This document shows, one piece after another, positions 8,553 to 17,900 of a stretch of 22,309 nucleotides of DNA; within the stretch, counting starts at the first letter, position 1, and the number at the start of each line of letters is the position of its first letter. The DNA comes from a bacterium (GTDB lineage Bacteria > Methylomirabilota > Methylomirabilia > CAVQYV01). The translations under genes and the position numbers were made by a program. The notes under the pieces were generated by a model. That model was not told where the DNA came from. It saw only the letters and a program-made list of their open reading frames with translations, and made no database searches. The stretch lies in contig JAZDMQ010000149.1 in assembly GCA_043800755.1 (NCBI GenBank), positions 1 through 22,309 on the forward strand. Direction: 5' to 3'.

Positions 8553-9230
8553 TTAGCCCTTTCTCTCGGCCCCTCTTGCCTCCGTGGCCCCTCGCTGCCA
8601 GATGACCTCCTGGGGGCGGGTGCGCTTGGACCAGTCCTCGGGATCTCGGACTTGGGAGAGTTTCTCCAGTTGCCCCAGTGCGTCTAATCGATCATAGATC
8701 ATCTTCCAGACGCAGTCCAGGCCTTCCCTCACCTCGCACTTTCCGTCGGCCATGCCCTCGCAAGGTCCGTTGGCAAGCCCCTTGGGACAACGGGTCAGAA
8801 AACAGATCCCTCCCGTCTCCCCCAAGAGACAATCCCCGCAGGCCCGGCAGCGCTCAAAAAACCTCCCCAACCTCTCCGCCTTCCCATAAAAGTGGGAATC
8901 CAATCCCGGGAGGCAAACCTTGCCCGTGACCTCCACCGCGTTCTGAACCCCGAGGCCACAGGCAAGCACCAAGACCGCATCTGCCTCCTCCAGCTCTTTC
9001 TTGATCCGACGCAGGTCTCTGCGGAGGAGGCGCTCATCGCATGGCTCCTCGCACATGATGGAGGCCAGGACCCTGCCGCCCAGGCTCTTTTCCTCCCACT
9101 CCTTCACCTGTTCTGACCCGCCGGTCTGGCAGGTGGCCGCACAACCTCCGCACCCGATGATGACGACCTTCGGGTAAGAAGAAAGCATGGAGAGGATCTC
9201 CTCTTTCGCCTTCTGGGTAGTGATCATCAT
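8553..9230 (-). CDS. metV: MetV-type MTHFR small subunit (Cys-rich Fe-S/Zn protein, MTHFR_C domain), 225 aa
   Basis: IGCGGCAATCQTGG, LACGLGVQ, CRACGDC, GGICFLTRCPKGLANGPCEG, GKCEV...CVWKMIYDRL; AAGGAG RBS before ATG 9230. Confidence 0.88.
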   Translation of the reverse strand: MMITTQKAKEEILSMLSSYPKVVIIGCGGCAATCQTGGSEQVKEWEEKSLGGRVLASIMCEEPCDERLLRRDLRRIKKELEEADAVLVLACGLGVQNAVEVTGKVCLPGLDSHFYGKAERLGRFFERCRACGDCLLGETGGICFLTRCPKGLANGPCEGMADGKCEVREGLDCVWKMIYDRLDALGQLEKLSQVRDPEDWSKRTRPQEVIWQRGATEARGAERKG

Positions 9231-9304
9231 AGGCGAACTCCTTTGTACTAAAGAAAGGCGAAACGGCAAGGCTGAGTCCTTTTATGCCATTGCCTCTCGA
9301 TCTG

Positions 9305-10078
9305 TCAAGAGAAAACTGGCTCCCCCAAAAACCTGGCCAGGACTGCATTGAAGGCAGCGGTATTCTCGATCATGGCCATGTGGCCTACCCCCTCCATGAT
9401 CTCCAGCCTCGAATGAGGGAGGTGCTGCTGCAGCTCCAAGGAGAGCCGGAGCGGGGTGAAACGGTCCTCCCGCCCGCAGAGGATCAGGGTCTCCTTTTGA
9501 ATCTGCGAGAGCTGGTGGCGGACATCGAAGGCATTGCAGGCGGCAAAATCCTGAAGTAGCACCTCGGGGCGCGACTTGCCCACCTCCGCTTCTCCCAGGC
9601 TCAAGAGATAGGTGGGAAAGCGGGGGGAGTAGGCATAATGGCAGATCACCCGAATCGCCTCCTTGAAATCCCGCTTCAGGGCCAAGAAGACCTTCCGGGG
9701 GACTCTCAGCCGCGCGCCGGTCCCGGCCAAGGCCATCTTCTTCACCCGCTGGGGCGAGGAGAGGGCCAGGCTCATGGCGATCGCCCCTCCCATCGAATGC
9801 CCCACCAAGATGAACTCCCTCAGGCCCAGGGCATCGAGCAGGCAGAGCAGGTGGCGCCCATAATCCTCGATGCTCCCCTCCCCATCGCCCTCCGAGTTCC
9901 CATGACCTGGAAGGTCCACTGCCAGGACACGGAAGCCTTGCTCGAAGGCGTGAAGCTGACGAAGCCAGACATTAGAACTCCCACCGGCCCCGTGGATGAA
10001 GACCAGCGTCACGGCTCTTGGTCGCCTGAACTCCTGCCGGAAGTAGATCTTCTTCCCCTCTATCTTCAAGGAGGGCAT
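9305..10078 (-). CDS. Alpha/beta hydrolase, 257 aa
   Basis: FIHGAGG oxyanion motif, DLPGHG, GHSMGG nucleophile elbow, GREDRFTP (Asp), GVGHM (His). Confidence 0.92.
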   Translation of the reverse strand: MPSLKIEGKKIYFRQEFRRPRAVTLVFIHGAGGSSNVWLRQLHAFEQGFRVLAVDLPGHGNSEGDGEGSIEDYGRHLLCLLDALGLREFILVGHSMGGAIAMSLALSSPQRVKKMALAGTGARLRVPRKVFLALKRDFKEAIRVICHYAYSPRFPTYLLSLGEAEVGKSRPEVLLQDFAACNAFDVRHQLSQIQKETLILCGREDRFTPLRLSLELQQHLPHSRLEIMEGVGHMAMIENTAAFNAVLARFLGEPVFS

Positions 10079-10084
10079 GGGGTC

Positions 10085-10909
10085 TCACCTCCCCAAGGCC
10101 CGGATCCCATAAAGGATCAAGGAGAGGATGCCGACCGCCCAACGATAGTGGCCGAAGGGGGCCAATCTTCCCCGCTCCAGATAGCGTAGCAAATAGCCAA
10201 TGCTGAGGAAACCGAAGAGGGTGGCTGAGCAGGCCCCCAGCAGAAATGGCAGCCGCTCCGGGGCCGGGAGTCCGGTCCGCAGCAGGTGAATTCCCTTGAC
10301 CAGGGCAGCGCCCGCTACAATCGGGGAGGCCAAAAGGAAAGAGAAACGGGCAGCGGCCTCCCTCTTCAAGCCCAATAGCAGCCCGGCGGTGATGGTGATG
10401 CCGGAACGGGAAACCCCAGGGAAGAGGGCAGTGGACTGGGCCAATCCGATGGCCAGGGCCTCACCCAGGCCAATTGCCTCCAGTCCCTTCTCCAATCGTC
10501 CTCTCCTATCTACATAGATGAGCAAACTCCCCATGAGGATCATCAGGAGGGCGATGGAGGCCGGGTGGCGGAAGTGTTGCTCGATCGTCTCCTCTGCCAG
10601 GAGTCCCACTGCCACTGCAGGAAGGCTGCCCCAGACCAGGAGCCAGCTCATCTGCCGCAGGCGGTCCTCCCCGATCCTCCGCTCCCAGAGGCTCTGGCCG
10701 AATGCCCGCAGCAGGTCCAGCCAATCCCGGCCGAAATAGAGGAGGAGGGAAAAGAGGGTTCCGAAATGGAGGGCCACATCGAAGGTGAGTCCCAAATCCT
10801 GCCATCCCATCAGCCAGGGAATGAGGATGAGATGGGCCGAACTGGAAATGGGCAGGAATTCGGTGATCCCCTGGACAACCCCTAAGGTCAGGGCGCGCAG
10901 GATGATCAC
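10085..10909 (-). CDS. uppP: Undecaprenyl-diphosphate phosphatase UppP (BacA), 274 aa
   Basis: VQGITEFLPISSSAH, FDVALHFGT, PGVSRSGIT, AARFSFLL; multiple hydrophobic helices; GTG start. Confidence 0.95.
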   Translation of the reverse strand: MIILRALTLGVVQGITEFLPISSSAHLILIPWLMGWQDLGLTFDVALHFGTLFSLLLYFGRDWLDLLRAFGQSLWERRIGEDRLRQMSWLLVWGSLPAVAVGLLAEETIEQHFRHPASIALLMILMGSLLIYVDRRGRLEKGLEAIGLGEALAIGLAQSTALFPGVSRSGITITAGLLLGLKREAAARFSFLLASPIVAGAALVKGIHLLRTGLPAPERLPFLLGACSATLFGFLSIGYLLRYLERGRLAPFGHYRWAVGILSLILYGIRALGR

Positions 10910-10915
10910 GGGAGC

Positions 10916-12094
10916 TTAGGTCCCGAGTTGCTGGTAGGCGGCACGCTGGGCCTCTCGATAGATCTCTCTCACGCTCAGATGGAGACGCTTCGCCAGGGTC
11001 CTGCAGTCGTCATATTCAGGGCAGAGGTCGGTGATCTCATCTCCCATCTTTCCCACCTTAATCCTCACCCGTCCATAGCGGGTCTCTATCTCCTTGATCT
11101 CGCGCAAGAGCTTTTTGCGCATGGCCTGCGAGATCCGTACCCCAAAGGTGGTGGTCTCCTCGAAGAGGATGCGGTTGCAGTCGTTCACCTTTTCGGGAGG
11201 GGATAGGACCGTCAACTTGATCGCCGGACGGGATTTCTTCATGAAGATAGGCGTCAGATAGACATCGAGCGCCCCGGCCTGAAACAGCCTTTCCCACAGG
11301 GTCTCGAAGAATTGGGGGTTCATGTCATCAATATTCGATTCCAAGATCGCTATCGTGTCCTCCTCCAGGTCGCCATCCACCTCCCCCACCATCAGGCGGA
11401 GCAGATTGGGCAGGGAGGGAAATTCCTTGCTCCCCGCACCGTAACCCACGCTCTGGATCTTCATGAAGGGCATCGACCCAAACTGGCTGGCCAGGGTGGT
11501 GATGATGGCCGCCCCGGTGGGGGTGGTGAGTTCGCCTGCGACCTCGGTGGAATAGGTGGGAACCTCCTTGACCAGCTCTGCCGTGGCCGGGGCGGGGACG
11601 GGCAGCTTCCCATGCTCGGCCATCACGAATCCCGATCCCAGATGGAGGGGGGAGGAAAAGATCTTGCCCAACCCCAGATGGCGAAGGCCAATGGCCGATC
11701 CCACGATATCCACAATCGAATCCAAGGCCCCCACTTCGTGAAAATGGACATGCTCCACCGAGGTCCCGTGGATCTTAGCCTCGGCCTCTGCCAGACGGGT
11801 AAAGATCGTCTGGCAATCCGCCTGTACCTGGGGGGACAGGCTGCTCCCCTGGATCACCTCCAAGATGTGGGAGAGGTGACGATGGGAATGCTGGGGGTGC
11901 TCGATCACCACCTCCACCTTGGTGCCGGTAATGGCGCACCGCTTCACCTTCTTTGCCTCCAGGCGAAATCCCTCGAGGCGAAGCTTGCTCAGCTCCCCCT
12001 GCAAGACCTCTAACTCCAACCCCGCATCCACCAGGGCGCCCAGGATCATATCCCCGCTGATCCCCGCAAAACAATCAAAGTAAGCGATCTTCAT
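10916..12094 (-). CDS. larC: Nickel-pincer cofactor nickel insertase LarC, single full-length ORF, 392 aa
   Basis: YFDCFAGISGDMILGAL, His-rich HPQHSHRH, AEAKIHG...HVHFHEVGALDSIVD, HGKLPVPAPAT, ELTTPTGAA, ESNIDD, MKKSRP, ETTTFGVR, PEYDDC. Confidence 0.95.
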   Translation of the reverse strand: MKIAYFDCFAGISGDMILGALVDAGLELEVLQGELSKLRLEGFRLEAKKVKRCAITGTKVEVVIEHPQHSHRHLSHILEVIQGSSLSPQVQADCQTIFTRLAEAEAKIHGTSVEHVHFHEVGALDSIVDIVGSAIGLRHLGLGKIFSSPLHLGSGFVMAEHGKLPVPAPATAELVKEVPTYSTEVAGELTTPTGAAIITTLASQFGSMPFMKIQSVGYGAGSKEFPSLPNLLRLMVGEVDGDLEEDTIAILESNIDDMNPQFFETLWERLFQAGALDVYLTPIFMKKSRPAIKLTVLSPPEKVNDCNRILFEETTTFGVRISQAMRKKLLREIKEIETRYGRVRIKVGKMGDEITDLCPEYDDCRTLAKRLHLSVREIYREAQRAAYQQLGT

Positions 12095-12157
12095 GGCAGG
12101 CTCCTTCTATGGACTTTCCCACTAAGGTGGGTGGCTACGCTGCAAAAAGGACAGATC

Positions 12158-12186
12158 AATTTAGCAGATGGCTTTCCCTTGCACAA
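12158..12186 (-). promoter_or_regulatory. Candidate sigma70 promoter for the larC arm
   Basis: Minus strand: TTGTGC (12186-12181), 17-bp spacer ending TGC (extended -10), TAAATT (12163-12158). Confidence 0.5.
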
Positions 12187-12239
12187 GGAATTTTTCGGCC
12201 TTTCCCCTCCCTGCTCTTCCGGTGTCCCCAAATTACCGA

Positions 12240-12268
12240 TTGACTTTTTCCCCCTTTCGTCTTAATTT
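12240..12268 (+). promoter_or_regulatory. Candidate sigma70 promoter for the galT-glgA arm
   Basis: TTGACT (12240-12245), 17-bp spacer, TAATTT (12263-12268); GGGAGG RBS before ATG 12330. Confidence 0.6.
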
Positions 12269-12329
12269 GAAAAGGTCGATTCATCAAGGCCTAAAGGCCA
12301 TTTTCACCGATTCAATCAGGGAGGAATAA

Positions 12330-13334
12330 ATGCCCGAGCTGCGCAAAGATCCCATCACCTCGCGATGGGTCATCATCTCTACCGAGAGGGGGCGGCGCCC
12401 CCATTTCCTCGAAATGGAGCCACCTCATAAATCCGACGGATTCTGTCCCTTCTGCCCCGGCAACGAGGACAAAACCCCTCCCGAGGTCTTGGCCTATCGG
12501 CCCAATGGTGGGCCTCCCAATTCTCCCGGCTGGAATCTGCGCGTGGTCCCCAACAAGTTCCCGGCCCTCCAGATCGAGGGAGACCTCGACCGCAAGGGGG
12601 AGGGGATGTATGACAAGATGCGGGGCATTGGGGCTCACGAGGTGATCATCGAAAATCCGGACCACCTGGCGACCATCTCCCAGCTCCCCGAGCAGAAGGT
12701 GGAAGAGATCCTCTGGGCCTTCCGCGACCGCATCCTGGACCTAAAAAAGGATCGTAGATTCCGCTATATCCTCATCTTCAAGAACCACGGCACAGCCGCC
12801 GGGGCCACCCTGGAGCATCCCCATTCCCAGCTTATCGCCACCCCCATCGTCCCCAAGCGGGTGCGGGAGGAGGTGGATGGGGCGAAGGAATATTTTTCGT
12901 ACAAGGAGCGCTGTATCTACTGTGACATCATCACGCAAGAGCGGGAACAGGGGGCGCGCCTCATCAGCGAGAATGAGGACTTCGTGGTCATCGCCCCCTT
13001 CGCCCCCCGTTTCCCCTTCGAGACCTGGATCCTCCCCAAGGCCCACGACTCCTTTTATGAGGATGGCCAAAAACGCGAATATGTGAACCTCGCCCGTTCC
13101 CTCAGGGACACCCTGCTCCGTATCGAGAAGTCCTTATCTCACCCCCCCTACAACTTCATCATCCATAATACCCCCTTCCATGAGAACCAACGTGATTCAT
13201 ATCATTGGCATCTGGAGATCATGCCCAAGTTGACGCGGGTGGCGGGATTCGAATGGGGGACCGGGTTCTACATCAATCCGACCCCTCCAGAGGACTCTGC
13301 CAAATTTATGCGGGAGATCGACCTGACCCCCTGA
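12330..13334 (+). CDS. galT: GalT-family hexose-1-phosphate nucleotidyltransferase, 334 aa
   Basis: MPELRKDPI, CPFCPGNE, RVVPNKFPAL, GAHEVIIE, FKNHG..AGATLEHPHSQ (HxHxQ), CIYCDI, AGFEWGTG. Confidence 0.92.
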   Translation: MPELRKDPITSRWVIISTERGRRPHFLEMEPPHKSDGFCPFCPGNEDKTPPEVLAYRPNGGPPNSPGWNLRVVPNKFPALQIEGDLDRKGEGMYDKMRGIGAHEVIIENPDHLATISQLPEQKVEEILWAFRDRILDLKKDRRFRYILIFKNHGTAAGATLEHPHSQLIATPIVPKRVREEVDGAKEYFSYKERCIYCDIITQEREQGARLISENEDFVVIAPFAPRFPFETWILPKAHDSFYEDGQKREYVNLARSLRDTLLRIEKSLSHPPYNFIIHNTPFHENQRDSYHWHLEIMPKLTRVAGFEWGTGFYINPTPPEDSAKFMREIDLTP

Positions 13335-13444
13335 TCATCGATGAGGGGACCCGATGTCGCCTTCCCCTGCATTGCATCCGGCGGGCAAGCCAGGGGCTGA
13401 GTCTTCATTGCTCGGATCTTAACCTCAAGCAAGGGAGGTGCTTC

Positions 13445-14917
13445 ATGGGACGAAGACTCAAGATCCTCATCGCCTCTCCGGAGGTGGCGCCATTCGCCAA
13501 GACCGGAGGCCTGGCCGATGTCACCGGGGCCCTGCCTAAGGCCTTGGAGCAGTTAGGCCATGAGGTGGCCGTGATCCTACCCAAGTATGCCATGGTGGAT
13601 AAGGGAGGCTCCCCCCAGACCAAGGTATTGGACCGGCTTTCCCTTCCCATCTCTGACCGCTGGGTCGATTCCGCCGTCTATGAGACCAAGCTGGGGGAGG
13701 CGATCCCGGTCTATCTCTTGGCCAATGAGGCCTATTATGACCGGCCTGAGCTCTACCGCACCTCCCAGGGGGATTATCCCGACAATGCGGAGCGGTTCAT
13801 CTACTTCGCCAAGGCGATCCCCGAGGTCGCCAAGAGGCTCGACTTCCAGCCCGACTGCATCCACTGCAATGATTGGCAGACCGGCCTGGTCCCCCTCTTC
13901 CTCCATGCCCTCTATCGGGACGACCCCTTCTTCGCCCAGACCGGCACCCTCTTCACCATTCACAACCTCGCCTACCAAGGGGTCTTCTGGCACTACGATT
14001 GGCACCTGTTGGGGATCGGATGGGAGTATTTCACCCCGGAGGCGATCGAGTTCTACAACCACATCAACCTGTTGAAGGCGGGAGTCGTCTACGCCCAGAT
14101 CATCAATACGGTGAGCAAGACTTACAGCCGGGAGATCCAGACCCCGGAGTTCGGCCATGGGCTGGAAGGGATCCTGAGGGCCAGGGAAAAGGACCTCTTC
14201 GGGATCGTCAACGGCATCGATTATGAGGAGTGGAGCCCGGCAAAGGACGGCTGGATCGCCGCCCCCTATGAAGATCGCCATCTGGCGGGCAAGGCCGCCT
14301 GCAAGGTGGACCTGCTCAAGGAGTTTGGGCTGCCTCCCCAGGCGAGTCGGCCCATCCTGGGGGTCATCTCCCGACTGGCCTCGCAGAAGGGATTCGACCT
14401 GCTGGCCGAGATCATGGAGGAGCTGATGGAGAGGGACCTCTTCTTTATCCTCCTGGGCACTGGAGATCAGGTCTACCACGACCTCTTTGGGGAGATCGGC
14501 AAGCGATTTCCGGAGAGGGCGGGCATTCGCCTCGGATTCGACAACGCCCTGGCCCACAAGATCGAGGCCGGCTCGGATATGTTCCTGATGCCCTCCCGTT
14601 ACGAGCCCTGCGGATTGAACCAGCTCTACAGCCTGAAGTACGGCACGATCCCCATCGTCCGGAGCACGGGCGGACTGGCGGATACCATCAAGGATTACAA
14701 CCCCCGCACCAAAAAGGGAAATGGCTTCAGCTTTACCGAGTACTCCTCCGCCCAGCTCCTGGCCACCATCGATCGGGCGCTCTCCCTCTATCAGGACCGC
14801 CGAAGTTGGAAGGAACTGATGCGGAACGCCATGGGGGAGGATTACTCCTGGGAGGTCTCTGCCCAACAGTATCTGAAGCTCTATCGCAAGGCACAACAGA
14901 AGAAGATGGCGGTTTGA
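13445..14917 (+). CDS. glgA: Glycogen synthase GlgA (ADP-glucose dependent, GT5), 490 aa
   Basis: KTGGLADV, HCNDWQT, FTIHNLAYQG, GIVNGID, SRLASQKG, MPSRYEPCGLNQL, TGGLADT; GGGAGG RBS before ATG 13445. Confidence 0.96.
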   Translation: MGRRLKILIASPEVAPFAKTGGLADVTGALPKALEQLGHEVAVILPKYAMVDKGGSPQTKVLDRLSLPISDRWVDSAVYETKLGEAIPVYLLANEAYYDRPELYRTSQGDYPDNAERFIYFAKAIPEVAKRLDFQPDCIHCNDWQTGLVPLFLHALYRDDPFFAQTGTLFTIHNLAYQGVFWHYDWHLLGIGWEYFTPEAIEFYNHINLLKAGVVYAQIINTVSKTYSREIQTPEFGHGLEGILRAREKDLFGIVNGIDYEEWSPAKDGWIAAPYEDRHLAGKAACKVDLLKEFGLPPQASRPILGVISRLASQKGFDLLAEIMEELMERDLFFILLGTGDQVYHDLFGEIGKRFPERAGIRLGFDNALAHKIEAGSDMFLMPSRYEPCGLNQLYSLKYGTIPIVRSTGGLADTIKDYNPRTKKGNGFSFTEYSSAQLLATIDRALSLYQDRRSWKELMRNAMGEDYSWEVSAQQYLKLYRKAQQKKMAV

Positions 14918-14920
14918 CTG

Positions 14921-17900
14921 GTGAACGAGGTGACCCATCCGGGCAAGCCCAAGGGGATGACCTTTTCCATTTTTCCCCAGGAGATCAGGGGGAGCCTCCT
15001 CCTCGCCTTTTGCCTGCTCCTCCTGCTCTTCCTCTCCCTGGCCCTCTTCGCCCTCCAACAGGCCCGGGAGGTCAGGCGACAGACCGAGCTCATGGTGGAG
15101 AATTTCAGGAAGGGGAACCTGATCTTCTCCCAGTTAGGGAACTTTGCCCTGGAATTGAATGTCATCGCCAAGGGGGGCATGAGGACGGCCAATCTCCAGG
15201 AAGGGGCGAGGTTGGCCGAAAGGCTCCAGCATACCAAGGCCGAGATCGACTCCTATATTGCCGGCCATCTGCAGGACGCATCCAGCCCGGCGGAGCGGCA
15301 GGCCTGGGAGGATCTGCAAAAGGGGGTGGCTGATTACTGGAATGGGCTGCAAGGCATGGTCCAGCTCATCCAAAGAGGGGGGAAGCCCGGGGCGTTCCTC
15401 CTCTCGAACTCTCGGGCCTTGATGAGCCAGAGGAGGCTGCGGGCCAACCGAGAAAGGCTTTTCCCCCTGTTTGAGACGACCGCGATGGGACACCAACAAG
15501 ACATCTCTGCCGCCCTGGGGGAATTCAGGGCGCGTACCCTGGTCCTGACCGTCTTGACCCTGCTGATCGGGATCGGCATCATGTATTTCTCACTGCGGGA
15601 CATCCAGGCCAAGACGGACCGGATCAAGAAGGAGAGGGACTTCTCTCAGGTGCTCATCGAAGCAATTGGAGATGGGGTTGCCCTGTTTAATGCGCAGGGG
15701 AGGGTGGAGTTTGCCAATCGCAGGTTTGCTGAGATGCTCAATTATCCTCCGGAAGAGATCCTGAGGAAGGCATATCCTGAAATCTTCCATCCCGAAGACC
15801 TCCCCCAGGTCGAGTCGGAGGGTCCCTCTGTCGCCAGGAGGCCCTTTACCCTTGAAGGCCAGCTCATTCGAGCGGATGGCACTTCTTTCCCCGCTCTGGT
15901 CACTGCGGCCCCGCGCCTGAACGAGGCCGGAATCAGCCTGGGGAGCGTCGCCCTCTTCCGGGATATCACCGGGGCTAAGGAGGCGGAGCAAGAGATCCTG
16001 CGGCGCAACCGCGAGCTCGCCTCCTTGAACGCCGTCACCGCCACCATGACTCAATCCTTGAACCTCCAGGAGACCCTGGGGAACGCAGTGGACAAGGTCA
16101 TGGAGGCCCTAGACCTGGACGGCTGCGAGATCTACCTCCAGCAAGAGGAGGAGGACCGACTAATCCAGGTCGCTTGTGAGGGAATGAATAAGGGTGATTC
16201 CCCGCAGCAATCCGTTCCCGAGTTGGAACTGTCCCGGTCCAAGCTGATGGCCTGGGGCGGAGAGCCGATCATCCTCAATCGGCTCCAGGGGGAGATCCAT
16301 CTCGCCCTGCTCTCCCAGGGATTTCTCTCTTTCGCCTCCATCCCCATCCAATCCCAGGGGATTACCCTGGGGGTCCTGAATGCGGCGAGCAGGAGGCCTG
16401 AGGGCTTCGCCGCCCCCGAGATCGAACTGCTACGCTCCAGCGCGAACCAGATGGGAATGTTCATCGAAAATGTGCGCTCCTTTGAAAGGGAGAGGCGAAG
16501 GGTGGAGGAGCTTTCTTCCCTGATCCAGGTGGCCCAGGCCGTCAATTCCTCCCTGGATCTGGAAAAGGTCCTGGGCTCCATCGTGGGGATGGCTGCCAAG
16601 GTGATGAATGCCCCGGCGGCCAACCTGATGCTGGTAGATCAAGGGAGTGGAGAGCTGCAATGGAGTGCCAATGTAGGATTTCCCCCCGAATGGATCGAGG
16701 TGGGCAGCCTCAAGGTGGGCCAAAGCATCTCCGGGCTGGTGATCTCTACCAAGGCCTCCCTTTCTATCCTGGAGATGAGCCAGGATCCCCGCTTCCTCTA
16801 CCCGGAGATGGCGGCCAAGTATGGATTCCATTCCTTCTTGGGGGTCCCCCTCGCCCTCCGAGAGAAGATCATCGGTGGCCTCTACATCTGCACCACCGAG
16901 CCTCACCGCTTTTCCGAAAGGGAGGTCGGCCTCCTCTCTGCCCTTGCCAACCAAGCCGCCCTGGCCATCGAGAATGCACGCCTCTTCCGGGAGACGGGGA
17001 ATCTGGCAGCCCAGAACTTCAGACGTTATCAAGAGGTCTCGATCCTGCATGAGGTGGGGGCCGCCATGCGCAGCACCATTCACTTCGATCAGCTCCTGCC
17101 CATCATCCTGACCGGCGTCACCTTCGGAGGAGGCCTGGGTTTCAATCGGGCCATCCTCTTCCTGGCCGATGAGCGGAATGAGTTCCTGGAGGGGGTCTTG
17201 GGGATGGGTCCCGGCAGCGCCGAGGAGGCCTCCGCCATCTGGAGCCAACTGGAGGAGAAGAGGTCCTCCTTGCTGGAACTCAGCCAGTCCATCTCCGGGG
17301 AGTCCCTGACGCGATCCCCCTTCAACCTCTTCGCTCGAAGTCTGAAGGTCCCCCTCGCCCCCCAGGCAGGGGTGATCGCCCGGACGGCCATCGAAAGGAA
17401 GGGATTCAATGTCCAAGACCTCGCCTCTCCAGAGGCCAAGATCTACCCCGAGTTCGAAGGCCGCCTGGGGACCTCCGCCTTCGCCACCGTGCCCCTCCTG
17501 GCCAAAGATCAAGTCATCGGGGTCATCTGGGTGGATAACCTCTACAACGGACGCCCGATCACCGATGGAGATTTCCGCTTCCTCGCCGCCCTGGCCAATC
17601 AGGCAGGCATGGCCATCGAGGGAGCGCGACTCTATTCCCGCCTGGAGGAGGCCCACCGCCAGCTGTTGCAAAGCCACCACCAGATCGTGCAGATGGAAAG
17701 GCTGGCCACCCTGGGAGAGATGTCGGCCACCTTGGCCCACCAGATCCGTAATCCCCTCGTCTCGATTGGGGGATTTGCCCGACGCCTATCCCAGATGAGC
17801 CCGGAAGACAGCCCCCCTCGCCAATATCTCGAAATCATCCAGCGCGAGGTCCAAAGGCTCGAGGAAATCGTTAAGGATATCCTCTCGGTCTTCCGGGGGA

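Noticed and set aside
9270-9295. TGGCAT on the minus strand upstream of metV as a sigma54 promoter
   Set aside because: No GC at the required 10-bp spacing.
13320-13330. GACCTGACCCC resembling the transposase-end motif
   Set aside because: Lies in the last codons of galT (D-L-T-P) with no tandem repeat; probably chance.
13577-15058. 493-aa minus-strand ORF
   Set aside because: Antisense shadow of glgA; no recognisable motifs; expected from GC-rich codon bias.
16430-17740. 436-aa minus-strand ORF
   Set aside because: Antisense to the histidine kinase GAF region; no independent support.
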